This document shows, piece by piece, positions 36,170 to 49,832 of a DNA stretch of 64,000 bases (the stretch's first letter is position 1; every line of letters begins with the position of its first letter). Source of the stretch: Octopus vulgaris (Eukaryota). A model generated the notes under the pieces. That model made no database searches. It was not told the origin of the DNA and saw only the letters and a list, made by a program, of their open reading frames with translations. The stretch is taken from NCBI GenBank assembly GCA_951406725.2, contig OX597830.1:53072001-53136000 (forward strand), read 5' to 3'. The translations under genes were made by a program, and so were the position numbers.

Positions 36170-38460
36170 GATAGCGCTTTGTGACTGTGCAGCACAGGTT
36201 TGGTTTTCATCCAGAGACTGCTTATACTCAGAGTCAGAGAAAAAGGTGGGATAATGAGGCAAATTGGACTATAATTAAGTGCTGGACCAGAAGTGAACCC
36301 AGAAGAAGGGGGGTTCCAACAATGCATGAAATCAAAATGGGATGAAATAGGACAATGCGAGATAAGTGAGTAGGTAAGACCAATAAGAACAAATGGGTAG
36401 CTAAGAGGTATGGAGATTGAAGAAGCAAAGAGGAAAATAGAAAACAATGATAATACTGCACCAGCAGATGGTGTGTCTAGCAATGACAGAGAAATGAAAG
36501 GTGGCAATGAAGATGTAGGGGAAAGAGCTACATTACAAGAATACGATAATGTGCTGATATATTAGAGAAGATGAGGATCAAACAACACCCAATCTGAGAT
36601 ATGTTGAGAGGTATAAGCTAAAAGCTGAAACTGAAAAGATAGATTCTGTCCTTGGACTATACCAGATGAGAAGTAAAACTGAAACCAACAAGATTATTAG
36701 GGCTGCAGCTATGGTTGCCACAGAAAGAGTTGGATATAAAAGAAGAGAACAAACAGAGCATAAAGAACCATACTGATGTAGAGGATTTGTAAGAAATAAA
36801 GTTAAAAAGATATTTGGATCAAGTTGATAGATTAAAAAGAGGGGGAATTGCAAAATGACTGGAAAGAACATACAGAATAAAAGATAATATGTATGATGTG
36901 ATGTTGGAAGAATTGAAACAAAGATCAATGGCAATCAAAGAAAAACTGGGAAGATATGACAGTAGATCAGAAGAATTCAGGCAGAACAGATTGTCTGAAA
37001 CCAATCTGAAAAACCTGTTTGAGGAAGTAGATGAGCAATTACAGCTAACATTGATATCTGAGGCAGACAAAAACAGAGCAGTCTGGGGTGAACCTGTAAA
37101 GCATAGTGATAAAGCAAAGTGGCAGCATGAAATCCAAGAAATATACAGAGCGAAGACAACATAAGAATAGCTACAGAAATAATAAAAAGACAATTATGGA
37201 AAATCCCAATTGGAAGAGCCCAGGGTTGGATGGTATCCAAGGTTATTAGATGAAGAAGCTGAGCAGGATCCATGAAAGGATAGTGCAACAGCTAGATGAG
37301 TGCTTACAGGAAGACTCAGTACTCAGCTGGATGACAAAGAGAAAGACATTGTCATGTGCCGAGGATCCTGGAAAGGGTAATAATGTATCCCACTTTTAAC
37401 CAATAATGTGTCTTCCACCAATGTGGAAATTATTGTCAAGTACTGTGGCCAGTGAATTGTATGGATACTTAAGAAAAAAGTGGGTTGCTACCTATTGAAC
37501 AGAAAGGGTGCTGAAAGAGGAGCTAGGGAACAAAAGATCAGCTGCTAATTGACAAACTAATAATCAGAAACTGGAAGAGAAGACACCCAAGCCTGAGCAT
37601 GGCATGAATTGATTATCCTAAGGTATACAATATGATACCACACTCTTGGGTAACAAGAACTGTGGAAATGTATGGAGTAGCAGAAAAGAGATGCCCTATA
37701 TGGAGCAGTATGAAATGTTGGAGAACTGAATTGACAGCAGAGAATCAGCTTTTACGTGAAAATCAAGAGAGGAATCTTCCAGGGCAACAGTGTATCCCCA
37801 ATGGTCTTTATACTGGGGATGATTCCTTGAGTGAAATACTGCAGAAGACAAAGTTGGGATATGATTTGAGAAGTGGTAAGGGAAAACGTAAACCACCTGC
37901 TATTCAAGGATGATTTGAAATTTACAAAAGGTGAGGCTGAACCAAACGGTCCAGCTCAGTCTGTGTGGACTTTCTCAAATGATAGCAAGATGGAGTTTGG
38001 ACTTTCAAAAGGTGCTTTGAGATGAGGAAGGCTTGTCAGGTCAGAAGGTATAAGTATGCCAAGTGGTGAATTGATGAAGGCAATTGAACCTGAATCCAAA
38101 TAATAAATACCTGGGAACACTTGAGGCAGATGGAATTAACCCCAATGATTTGAAAGAAAAGACAAAGAAAGAGTACCTGTAACAAGTGAGAAAAATATTG
38201 GATTCAAAGGTCAATGTCAAAAACATAATTTCAGTAATAAACTCCTGCGCAGTCATAGTAGTTCAGTGTGGCACTGAACATCTGATGAAGTGGACAGAGG
38301 ATGAACTCAAGGAATTAACAGGATGACAAGAAAAGCCCCTAACAGTGCATGGAGCTCATCATCATGTGCAGATATTATCACCTATACATGAAGAGAATAA
38401 ATGGAGGAAGGGGATTGGTAAGCGTGGAAGAGTGCATACATATCAAACTCAGCAGCTTAT
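36170..38460 (+). mobile_element. R4/Dong-like non-LTR retrotransposon, 5' part (degenerate RT)
   Basis: Frameshifted motifs EQKGC..GTKDQLLIDKL, IPHSWV, IKRGIFQG, NHLLFKDDLK, KYLG, LYMKRINGGRGLVSVE. Confidence 0.8.
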
Positions 38461-40211
38461 GTGCAGAAATCATTGCTGGTTGCTATGCAGGTATCTTTAC
38501 TGTCGAAGATCAAAATGTTCCATCTCCATCACCTCTGACACCAGACTCTATAACTACTATGAAATTTACACCAGCGATGCTACAACGCCACCTTAAGAAT
38601 AAACATAACTATGCCTCTCCTGATCTCGATGGTGTTACATACCTACTTCTCAAACGCAGTGGGTACTTTCTTCTAAACCAACTTTCACTATTCTTTCAAT
38701 TCTGTCTTGACAATGGTGTTATCCCTCTGTTCAAAAAAGGTGACCGCACATCGCCTGTCAACTATCGCCCTGTCAGTCTTACTAGCTGCAACGCCAAACT
38801 GATGGAATCCTGTGTCAGAGAAACCCTCTGGAACTCTTGGAAGTCTCACAGCCTCATCCAGGCATCACAATTTGGATTTATTCCTAACTCCAGCTGCTGT
38901 AATCAACTCATCGAGTTTCTTGACGACATTACCCGAATCACTGATCACGGATCCTGGGTGGATGTTGCTTACCTGGACTTTGCTAAGGCTTTTAATTCTG
39001 TGCCACACAAAAGACTTATGGTGAAACTCTCTGCAATGGGTGTAAGAGATGATCTCTATAACTGGTTGAAGCCCATTATCAGCCGAAAAGAAGTTGTCAC
39101 AGTTCTAGGACAGCACTCTTCACCCTATGAGATGACATCTGGTGTACCACAGGGATCTGTTCTTGGCCCCCTTTTATTTGTTGCATATGTTAATGACATA
39201 GATACCAACTTAAAGAATGCCACAGTGCTGAAATATGCAAATGACATCAAGCTGTACCTTGAAATAAAGAGGACAGATCCTGTACACTATAGATCTTCAT
39301 TGCAATCAGGCCTGGACACAATGCAGCAGTAGATCATGGACTGGCAACTCAAGCTGGCTGTAGACAAATGTACCACCATGCATTTTGGGAGGAAAAACCC
39401 AGTGTCTACTTACTCCCTCCACAACACTAATCTCAAAAAGTCTTCTTGTGAATGTGACCTGGGCATTATTGTCAACAGCAATTTGCGTTGGACAAAACAC
39501 ATTGCTAAAATTGCCAAGAAGGCTGAGGGTGACTTGGCATCACTCACCAAGTCCTTTGTGAGCCGCTCTCCGGCTATCTATCTGAGGCTTTATATAGCAA
39601 TGGTGCGGCCTCACCTGGAATTTGCATCACCAGTCTGGAATCCCTATCTTGCCCAGGATATTAATTGCCTGAAACCATTCGGCGACGTGCAACCAAGAGA
39701 ATACCCCCCCCCCCCCCCCATCAGGCATTTGCCATATTCTGAGCACCTTACTTCTCTGGACAGGGATACATTGAAACTCCAACGTCTTGCATCTGACTTG
39801 GCAGACACCCATAAAATTATTAACCATCTTACAAACAATATCTCTGAGCACCTTTTCAAACTCCACCTGTCTAACACCCGTGGACATGTTTACAAAGTCA
39901 GAAAACAGTACAGCTCCCATGACTTTTGGAAACATTTTTTCACACTAAGAGTTGCTGAAGTATGGAAAAAACTGCCGGCATCAGTTGTTAGTTGTCGGAG
40001 CACTGCATCCTTCAAAACTTCCATGCTTCCTGAGATTCGCCAACACTACACCTGATCTTCTCCCCTCCATACACATGCAAGCATGTATCGGACTCATACA
40101 CTGTTCACTTCCCAGACATTTGTACATTACTGCATATGCTTTATACGCACTTTTGACAAGTTGGGGTGCACCTGAGCACTGTATACAATAATTTCATCAT
40201 CATTATTATTA
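38461..40211 (+). mobile_element. 5'-truncated CR1-like LINE nested in the R4-like element
   Basis: NYRPVSLTS, QFGF, YLDFAKAF, SGVPQGSVLGPLLF, YAND (YADD variant), DLGI, RPHLEFASPVWNP, TRGH. Internal TAG at 39330, poly-C frameshift, (cat/tat)n tail. Confidence 0.9.
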
Positions 40212-41060
40212 TTGAAATACCTACCACAAAGACAGGAAACTTTGCTAGTGTCAGTTAAGGATGACAGAGTATTGAAAGCAGAGAAATGGGAAAAGACAAA
40301 ACAAGAAGTACAAAGAGGACATGAAGAAGCACTATGCAAGAAGGGACCACACAATCAATTCCCTGTAGCCACAACTGAAGCTGCTGGAAAACATGGTGAA
40401 AAAGGAGCAAAACTGAAGGCATCATACTGGCAGTGCAAGACCAAGCTTTGGCCACAAATTGGAGTGTCAATCTTTGGGATGGGCAAGTGTCTCTACTGTG
40501 CCACATCTGTAATAGAGCGAACGAAACCACTGCCCATATTGTGAACAAATGCTTCAAACTTGCTCAAAATCATTATAAATTGTGGCAACTCGATGAAGTA
40601 GCAAAAGTGCTACATTGGAAAATATGTGAAAAGTGGGGTCTAGAGAGGGGCAAGACACAGTATGAGAACAAACTGTAGAGTGGCAGAGTTGGAGACCTGC
40701 AAAATCCCAATCCAAACAGATCAGGTGCTAGAGCCCAACAAACCAGACCTAGTGGTGGTGGACAAATTGAACCACATGTAATATATAATTGATGTTACGT
40801 GCCCCTTTGACCCACAAATAGCCAAGAAGGAAGGTGTAAAAATAGATATATAGAATCCTCTTAAGTATGAAATAGCGCAGCTATGGACAATGAAGAAGGT
40901 GAAAATAGTGCCAATTATTGTTGGGTTCTTGGGATCAGTAGCAGAAGGCATCAAGAGGAATATAAAGGAAATGAGAATAGAGTGCCCAGTAGAACTGTTA
41001 CAAAAGGTCTGCCTCCTTGGCATGGCCAGAATAATCAGGAAAGTATTAAATGCAAGACTC
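40212..41060 (+). mobile_element. R4/Dong-like element, 3' part (CCHC knuckle + restriction-like endonuclease)
   Basis: CHICNRANETTAHIVNKC; KPDLVVVDK...IIDVTCPFD...KYEIAQLW...VPIIVGFLG...LQKVCLLG. Resumes the host frame after the CR1 tail. Confidence 0.85.
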
Positions 41061-42679
41061 TAAGAGTTCCAACAAAACCAGAGTTGTTAATAATATTGCC
41101 CTGGTGCCATACCAGGCAGTGGCTCTTATGGCTTCTAATCTTAACTGATTGGAAGTGCTATCAAGGACATGTTTTGTCTTGCTGTAAAAGAAGGGCTACA
41201 GCAAATATTTTGCTCAATACCACAGATTTGGTTGTCAGTTGTTTGACCATAACCTGTTGAGTATGCCCCTTGGTGGCTGACAATATGTGCATCTTTGGTC
41301 ATGAGCAGAAGTAGTAGAGGAGCATCATAGCCATGTGTTGAGAAGAATTCTTTGGGATTTGAATAATTCATCTTGGAAAACATAGGTATTTCATTCAATA
41401 TCCTTAATTCTTATTCAGGGACATTTTGAGTGGGATGGGTTACTCATCTTGAAGAAAACTCTGAGCTCCACCCTGCAAGGTCATGAAACCACCCTGTCAC
41501 ACACACACATATGGCTGTGATGCATGCGCTTGGTGTACCCTTAGCAAGCAGGTAGTCATGATGAGTATATTGGGCTTAGTATATTTGCACTCTAGTGTCA
41601 CTTTGATGGCATGTGCTGCTCTCTCACTCAATAATTATAATGAAGAGATAACCTCTGACTCATAGGTGAGTATGCCAAGGTGGTAAATAAGAAACTAGCA
41701 TACCTTTGCTTACAAGCATTTACCTGGGAATCCTATTTGTAGGGGGCTGATAAAGCTTAAAGATGCATTGTAGCACCCACAATCACAAGACCTTGGTTTT
41801 GGTTCCCAGACTAGGTGGTGCATTGTGTTCTTGAGCAAAACACTTCACTTCACGTTGCTCCGGTCCAGAGGTGTAAATCAGTAATTCTGTAAAGGACTGG
41901 CTGCCTGTACAGCAGTAATGCAATACTGGTCACTTACATGTTATGGACACCAGGAAAACAGCCTTATGAGTTCAAGAACTTGAGATGATGATGATAGCTT
42001 ATTTGTAGCAGGGACAAACAGGAGTAGAATCATTGTAGAATCATTGATAATGATGCCATGGTAACACTGGTCAAAACTAATTTATCAATGTTGCTAATGA
42101 GAAGATTGCATGTATGTCTTACTGAAATGTTTAAAATGTGGATAAGAGTGGGGCTGTGGACAAATAGAGCTGTCTATAAAATGAGGGGTTAATCTATTAA
42201 AGTGAAAGCAAAGAAACCAAAAACCACAGCCAGTTATGCTGGCCATGAGTCTCCTCATATGCCCTCCCTTCCTTACAAATGCATAGGTAGAAACATTCAA
42301 CGGATTTGTAAAACCTTCTTACTGAAGCTGTTATGCAAAAACAACCAAACTCAACACTCTTATGTTTGTTCCTTGTCTTTGTAAAGTCAAGGTGGGTCAA
42401 AATGGTCATAGCAACTCAATATTCAACATTGGCAGCATTAAACAAGACATAAGTGTTAAAAGACAACATACATAGCCATTAAATAAATAGTTAAGATTAA
42501 AATAAAAAAAAATTAAGAGCCACTTTGTCATGTATGTTGCTTAATTAAGTGATGAAGATTGTTTCAATTTAGATATACAACAAAAACACTAATTGAATAT
42601 TCAAGAAGTAATTGTTACAGTTACGATTATAATATAATTATTTAAACTATTAACTTTATTTCTTGAGACGAAATATATT

Positions 42680-42875
42680 GTCCTCTTGGCAATTTTGAGG
42701 GAAGGGGAAGGTTGATTACATTGACCACAATACTCCATTGGTATTGGTACTTATTTTATTTCATCCCAAAATGATGAAAGGCAAAGTTAACCTTGGCAGC
42801 ATTTGGATTCACATTGTAAAGAATCCATAAGAAATACCTGTCTGGCACATCAACAACTCAGCCAGATCACTACCT
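42680..42875 (-). mobile_element. Old family A SINE with 17-bp TSD
   Basis: ttgaga(c/t)gaaatatatt at 42663-42679 and 42876-42892. Confidence 0.75.
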
Positions 42876-43434
42876 TTGAGATGAAATATATTAAACAGTA
42901 CAAAAAAATGTTCGTTAAGATTAATTTACCTATTAACAAGAACACTGTTTAGCCAGAAAAAAAGAAAGAAGCTAAACACAAAAACAAGCATAAATGATAG
43001 TGTATAACTAAGAGGAAAAAAAAAACATCTCACAATCACGCATGTATCTCTACTTGGTGTCCACTGAAGGGCATAGCTGTCCACCCTCGACATTCATGTG
43101 CAGAAAATATAAATTCAACCAAAAGACAGAATTACAGACTAAATGATAAGGATGGTTTGTTTGTTTAGTCTATTAGAATCAGAGAATGGGAAAAGAGATT
43201 CTCTACTTGCCGATAAGTTAAGTGGACTGTGAGAAGTCTGAATGACAAAAAGATAAAAGTATTGTTAATGATAAAAGAAGGGCTTCAAGTTCAACATCAA
43301 CAAATTTTAAATGAAATATGTGAAATGATATTGAAAACAGAAAATAATAGAGTAGACTGCAGAGTGTTGATGACATACACAACATACACACACACATTTA
43401 GAAATACAAAATTTACTTCCAACACAAGGACAAA

Positions 43435-43689
43435 TATAGAATTTGGTTTGGGAGGTAAAAATGCACCTGGGTCTTAAAACGAACTCTCTCTCTTATTTAC
43501 TCATTTATTTGTTTCAGTCATTTGACTGCGGCCATGCTGGAGCACCGCCTTTAATCAAGCAACTCAACCCCGGGACTTATTCTTATTTGTAAGCCCAGTA
43601 CTTATTCTATCGGTCTCTTTTGCCAAACCGCTAAGTAACGGGGACATAAACACACCAGCATCGGTTGTCAAGCAATGCTAGGGGGACAA

Positions 43690-43728
<39 letters not shown>

Positions 43729-44430
43729 CATATATACGACAGGCTTCTTTCAGTTTCCGTCTACCAAATCCACTCACAAGGCTTTGGTTGGCCCGAAGCT
43801 ATAGCAGAAGACACTTGCCCAAGACACCACACAGTGGGATTGAACCCGGAACCATGTGGTTGGTTAGCAAGCTACTTACCACACAGCCACTGCTGCGCCT
43901 GTAGTTTTTTTTTCATTTTTAATGTTTTTAAAATTGATTAAAATATCAAATTGGTTTCAACAATTTAAAAAAAATTTTCAATGGTAAATATAAAACAAAA
44001 GAAAAGTTTAAAAGAAAAAGAATACTCAGGAAAAAATATTCAATAAGCTTCACAACAATAGGAAATGAAAGTTCAAATGTTTGATAAATTCTATAAGAGT
44101 AATAAATTTAAATTTATTGAACATTTGAGCTTTCATAATTTCCTATTGCTGTGAAACTTTGAGTTTTCATCAATTAATTTGCAATGAAAACCTCTTGAAC
44201 ATTTGATTTTTTTTTTTTTAGCATATTTTATTGCTTTGGAATTTTCTCCTATGCAAACTTTCTTTTAAACTTCTTACCTGTTTTTTTTTAAATCTTATAT
44301 TGACCATTGAAAATTTTTTAAATGGTTGAAATCAGTATGATACTTAAATAGATTTTTAAAAAAATAAAAAGAAAGCTTCAATTTGTTTTAAGAACCGGGT
44401 ACATTTTTCAACACCCCCAAATCAATTCTT
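43435..44430. mobile_element. AT-rich palindromic (fold-back) element with a SINE inserted in its left arm
   Basis: Ends gaatttggtttgggaggtaaaaatgcacctgggtcttaaaac and gttttaagaaccgggtacatttttcaacacccccaaatcaattc are inverted. Inner arms 44049-44090 and 44111-44155 pair. Confidence 0.75.
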
Positions 44431-45559
44431 CTATACAACTTTTACTTGTTTCAGTCACTGGACTGAGACCATACTGGGGCACTACCTTGAAGAGTTTCAA
44501 GCAAATTATTGACCCAATAATTATTTTTAAAGTCTGGTACGTATTCTATCAGTCTCTTATGCCAAACTGCTAAGTTACAGGGATGAAAACAAACCAACAT
44601 CGTTTGTCAAGGGATGGGAGGGAGAAAAAAAAGACATGTGATAGGCTTCCAGACAGTTACTGCCAACCAAATTCACTCACAAGGCACTGGTTAACCTGCA
44701 GCTGTAGAAGACACTTGCCCAAGGTGCTGTGTGGAGGGATTGAACTTGAAACCATGTAGCTGCAAAGCGAGCTTCTTAACCATATAGCCATGCCTGCATA
44801 TACATATATGCACACACACAATTTGTGTATAATGTATGCATTCATGTGTATATAATATGAGTGTAGGTGTGCAAGTAAGTCTACAATAAAGGTGTAAGGA
44901 TAGAATGTACGTTCTGTAGTGTTCTGTTTTCCTATTAGATGCCAAATGGTGTAAAACTGCAAGTTACTTGGCAGTGAAAGGCTGCCTGTTATTGTTCTTG
45001 TTTCAGTGCACAGCTGTAATGGTTGTCTGACATCACTGAGCTGTTTGACTGCTGGAAAATGATCGAACTGTGCTGTTGTGTGAGCTACTACTGCTATCTG
45101 TAGTTGGGTGTACTAGTCAATACAACATCATGCAGATCACTTATTAGTTGAAAAGAAATTAACAATGTGGTACTGTATTCAGCAGTGCATATGAATAGAA
45201 CTGCATATTTGTGTGGGCTTGATTTAATTTCAAAACTTTCAAATTGGGAAATACTTAAAAAAACTTTTTAAGCAGCAGAGTATTTCAGATATTAGCCCTT
45301 ATTTTTTGCTGATGATTTTTATTTTTATTCATTTGTATATTTTAGGGAGTACAAGTTTGAGGCAAGACAGATAAAATTCACAGGGCATCAGTGTTTCTCA
45401 AACTTTTTACCCAATGCCCAATTTCTTTGATTTTCCACAAAAAAAACATGCACACCACTGTGAACGTGCAGTTTGTGTATGTGTGTGTGTGTGAAAGAAG
45501 GGTTTTAATTAAAACTGTTGCAAATGTTCTTCCCTTGTTACACCCATTTCTGAAGTATC

Positions 45560-46030
45560 ACACACCTCGCTCTAAGAAACGCATTTTGATGCTCAACAAG
45601 CGCTATCATCCACGAGTATTTCTTAAATCCTGTTGAAACCATTACAGCAAAGACATGTTGCCAGGAAATCAACAAAATGCACCAACAACTGCAATGTGTA
45701 CACACAAAACTGGTCAGCTGAAAAGGATCAATGTTTCTCCATGACAATGCCTGACTACATCATGCAAATTACTCTGCAGATATTGAACAAATGTGAAACA
45801 AAACCTATACCCCGACTAGCTTACTTCCCAGACCTTCCTTTAAATGACTATCGGTTTTTTTTTGGGGGGGGGGGGGTTCATGTGCCTTGATAACTTCCTG
45901 TCAAAGATTTCAAACAATCAACAGCTCAGCACATCTTTCAAGAATTCATTGGTTTTAGGACACCAGAATTCTCACTGTGTTACTGGAATACAGAGATTTG
46001 TATTGGCAAAAATCTGTAGATTCTAATCAT
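45560..46030 (+). mobile_element. Decayed mariner transposase 3' fragment
   Basis: Remnants LHDNA and AYFPDLPLNDY (YSPDLAPSDY-like). Confidence 0.6.
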
Positions 46031-48039
46031 TATTTTAATTAAACAAGTGCATTCTTAGCTTAGACATGTTGCTTTTTTAAGTGACAGTTGAATACCACTT
46101 ATTCATGCACAAAGTTGATAATTGTCAAGAATTTTATGAGTTTGCAGTGCTGAGCAAAAATTGTCCTGGACAAAGCACAAAGTCATTGTTCCATTGGAAC
46201 TTGCACACTACATAGTTCAGAGATACACTAAATACAGAAACAGTAAAACAAACAAAAACTGTTTAAGTATTTACACTGACAAATAAATAGAAACTTTGTT
46301 AACATATTTTTCTATTTGGAATCCACTTCAGAGATGAACCACTGAACACAATACCATGGGAGGATAAGGAAACACTTTTTAGCAATCAGAAAAGTGTGTC
46401 TTTATGATTTTATGTCTGTTTTTCCATACTTGCAAGAATTAGACAAATATATTCTTGAAGCAGTGTCTTACAACTGGGTTCCTTTTTATGTTGCTAACCC
46501 TTACCTGCTTTTCCGGTAAGGGATTTCCTACTCCACACATTTTCCAAGGAGTAAAACCAGCAGATGGTTTGTTGACAGGGAAAATAACATCATCACTTTG
46601 CAGTACAGTGATTTTTGAAGAAGCAAGAATGTAAACACACATAATACTGGACTTCTTTTAGTTTTCATCTACTAAATACACCTACAAGGTGTTTGTTTGC
46701 ATGAGGCTATAGAGGAGCCACTTGTCCAAAGTGCTGCACAAAGAGACTGAACCTAAAGCCTTGTAGTTAAGGAAGCAAATTTCTTAAACCACACAAATAT
46801 ACATGCCTGTATGTAGGGTCAGGAATGATTTCCATTACAAGTATCTATTGGCTAAAAATAACCTTGCAGTGGCACCTATCAAGTTCTTTGGGGCATAGGC
46901 ATTTCTTTTATGGAAAGCCAATAGGAGGAACCTATAAAGCAACTTTTCTCTCTCCATATCACTGAGATTATCCAAGAGAGAGGTAAGGCCAACAGTAGTG
47001 TATACAGTGAGCCTCCCTTCTCCAAGCTATTGGCATTACCTAGGGGAAAGGAAAGTACAACTACAGCCTTAACAAACTGAAAACATAAAGATCCAAAGCA
47101 AATACCAAAAGGAATTTCTTTTGATATTCTAATATCTGCTAAACATCACCAGAGACTGGTACTTTGTTTCATCAACCTCAGCAGAGTTTGAACTCAGGAT
47201 GAAAAGAGCCAGAACAAATACTGGTCAAATGATATCTTTGTAATCTGTATTCTATGCTGATATGGGATGGGTGGTTTTACAGGATCTCACAGGTCCAGGG
47301 AATGCATTGTGCTCCATTGCATGCTTTGGCGTGGTTTCTATGGCTGGATACCCTCCCTAACAATATGGATACTGAATGTGGAGGCTGTATAAAGGCTGGC
47401 AAGAAACTGGGTAAAGCTGCTCCATAAACTGTAGAATGCTGTAGAGCTGTAACAACAACAACATTGTAAACACACACACACACACACTGGTGTAACCATC
47501 ATCATCAAAATGCCTATTTTCCATGCTGGCATGGGTTGAACATGACTCTTTTTATATGGACTTCCCTTCATAACTACATCATTTCAGGTTCTATCTCATT
47601 GCATGACACCAAAGTAAATGTCATCTGCTGCAGCCTCCAGTCAATCAAACCTTTGTATGTAAAATTGGTAGACAGAAACGGTATTAAAGCATGTTGTATA
47701 TGTGTGCGTTTGTGTGTGGCCAGATGCATAAGTGAGAATAAATGTTAACAATTTACATCTTGTCGCTGCCTGAATGAAATAATGTGATGCGATGCGATGT
47801 TTACATTGCTGCCAACATTTAAGACTGGCTACACTGGGCTTTCAAAGAGAAAGTGGTATAAAGTAATCCCTTACTTAAAAGACAGGTATCGGTTGGAGAA
47901 AGGGTAAGTATCTGATCATAAAAATGCTGTCTTAAGGTAAGTCACTGTCCAACCCAAGCCAACAGGGAAAATTGGATGTAAAATTAATTAATGAAGGTGT
48001 ATATGGGGGGTGGGGGGAAATACTTGGCTAAGAATAAAA

Positions 48040-49100
48040 CACTAATCTAGGTATTCACCAACTTGGAGAAGGTCTTTGACAGGGTGCCACAATCAGTAAT
48101 TTGGTAGCCACAAAGGGAACAAGTTGTAGACAAATGGTTAGCGAGAGCTGTACAAGCTTTGTAGAAAAGAGCAGTTCAGCAATGAATTTAGATTAAAGTC
48201 TATCAAAGCTCAATCCTCAGTAAGTAGAGAAGATGGCCCTATTATCATCAAGGAAATTATCTTGCTCAATATGCAGAAAAGGTGTTACTACAAACTTCAG
48301 TGTAAGCTATGGCTACATGAGAAATGTAGTAGAATCACATGCAGGTTTAACAGAAGCTATACATACTATGAGCACATTGGAAATAGATCCTCTGAAATAC
48401 CTGGATGGCTTGCTAGTAGCCAATAGCTTCTGTTGCCTATGAGACAATCAACAGGGGAGGTCATTGTTCAGAAAGTGTAGCAGCTAGAGTTTGGGTTAGA
48501 AAGAATTCAGCCCTGCTAGTAACAAAAGTATTTTCCCCTTACAGTGAAGGACAGATTGTAAGACGTTTGTAAATGAACACCAGGGTACAAATGAGCTAAG
48601 AGAAAAATTGGATGTAAGTGGAACAATTAAGAGGCTTCCTATAATTACTTTGACTGCTTCTGTTAACTAGGGGATCTAATTAACAATGGAAGTGAGCATT
48701 CCAAAGGCATAGTAACCAGAGTAAGAGTGGTGTAGGAAAATTTCGGGGAACTATCATCTCTACATGAGCAAATAGGCTCTCTCTGTTGCCTAAGAGACAA
48801 TTAGAGGAGAGGTCATTGTTCAGAATATATAGCAGCCAGAGTTTGGGTTAGAAAGAATTCAGCCCTGCTAGTAACAAAGGTATTTCCCCTTAGAGTGAAG
48901 GACAGATTGTATGATGTTTGTAAATGAATATCAGAGTACAAATGAGCTGTGCTGGTATGGACATATGATGAGAGCTGGGCACTCCAAAGAGGTGAAAGCT
49001 GACCTGAAGATGCTGCATCTCAGGAGACAACAAAGAACTGTACTGAATGGTAATATGCAGGGATACAGAAAACCTGTCCACCCATGGCAAAACTTACCTT
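48040..49100 (+). mobile_element. Heavily decayed RTE-like LINE fragments with an internal duplication
   Basis: DLEKVFDRVP, LRVKDRLYD-like and CWYGHMMR remnants. A related relic lies at 58170-58930. Confidence 0.55.
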
Positions 49101-49579
49101 GACACAAGGGTACTACTTTTAGAAACCATGATATATATATATATATATATTGTTCCTTAATAAGATCAACACCCTTTTGCCCTTTTCTCTCTCCAGCCTC
49201 CTCACCTGATATGCTGGCTTGCTATTCACACACTGCTCTGCACCACAATTTCTGTGGTACCCACTAGCTTTTTCTGCATTTCTCTCAATGCCTTGTTTTC
49301 TCTCACCATCATCTCCTCACTGCTTCTCTGCCTCTTTAACACACCCTCTCATTTTTCCCTCTGTGATACCGCCACAGCTCACCTTCAGTTACACTCCAGA
49401 TTAAAAGCTACCCTCATCTATTCTTTCATTCATGCCTTCCACGTATCCTTTTCTACTCCCCACCTTCCTCACTAATATACTTTCATACTCCATCCCCACT
49501 GCAACGTGTCTACTTTGACATGTCCTCCACTAGCATCCTCTTCACAACTATAAAAATATTCCTTTTATTATACTTAACA

Positions 49580-49832
49580 TTCTCTAGGATCACCAAGCAT
49601 AGATTGGCATATTTCAGTCATATTATGCAGAGAAAATCCCTGGAGAAGGACATCATGCTCGGAATGGTCTGCGGCAAGAGAGGAAGAGGCCGACCAAGAA
49701 CCCGCTAGCTTGACACCATCAAGAGTGATACCGGAATGGACATAGCCAATCTGAAAGAAGCGGCCCAGGATAGAACTGACTGGAGGACACTGATCCAATG
49801 AGTGACCGAGAGTCGACTTCAACTGAGTGGAT
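49580..49832 (+). mobile_element. RTE LINE 3' end
   Basis: RLAYFSHIMQRKSLEKDIMLGMVCGKRGRGRPRTR...LKEAAQDRTDWR. Confidence 0.8.

Noticed and set aside
38349-40055. Active or domesticated reverse transcriptase gene
   Set aside because: Chimeric, 5'-truncated, catalytic YADD changed to YAND, internal stop and frameshift.
43025-43110. Possible intronic snoRNA or exon
   Set aside because: No convincing C/D or H/ACA boxes, stems or paired splice sites.
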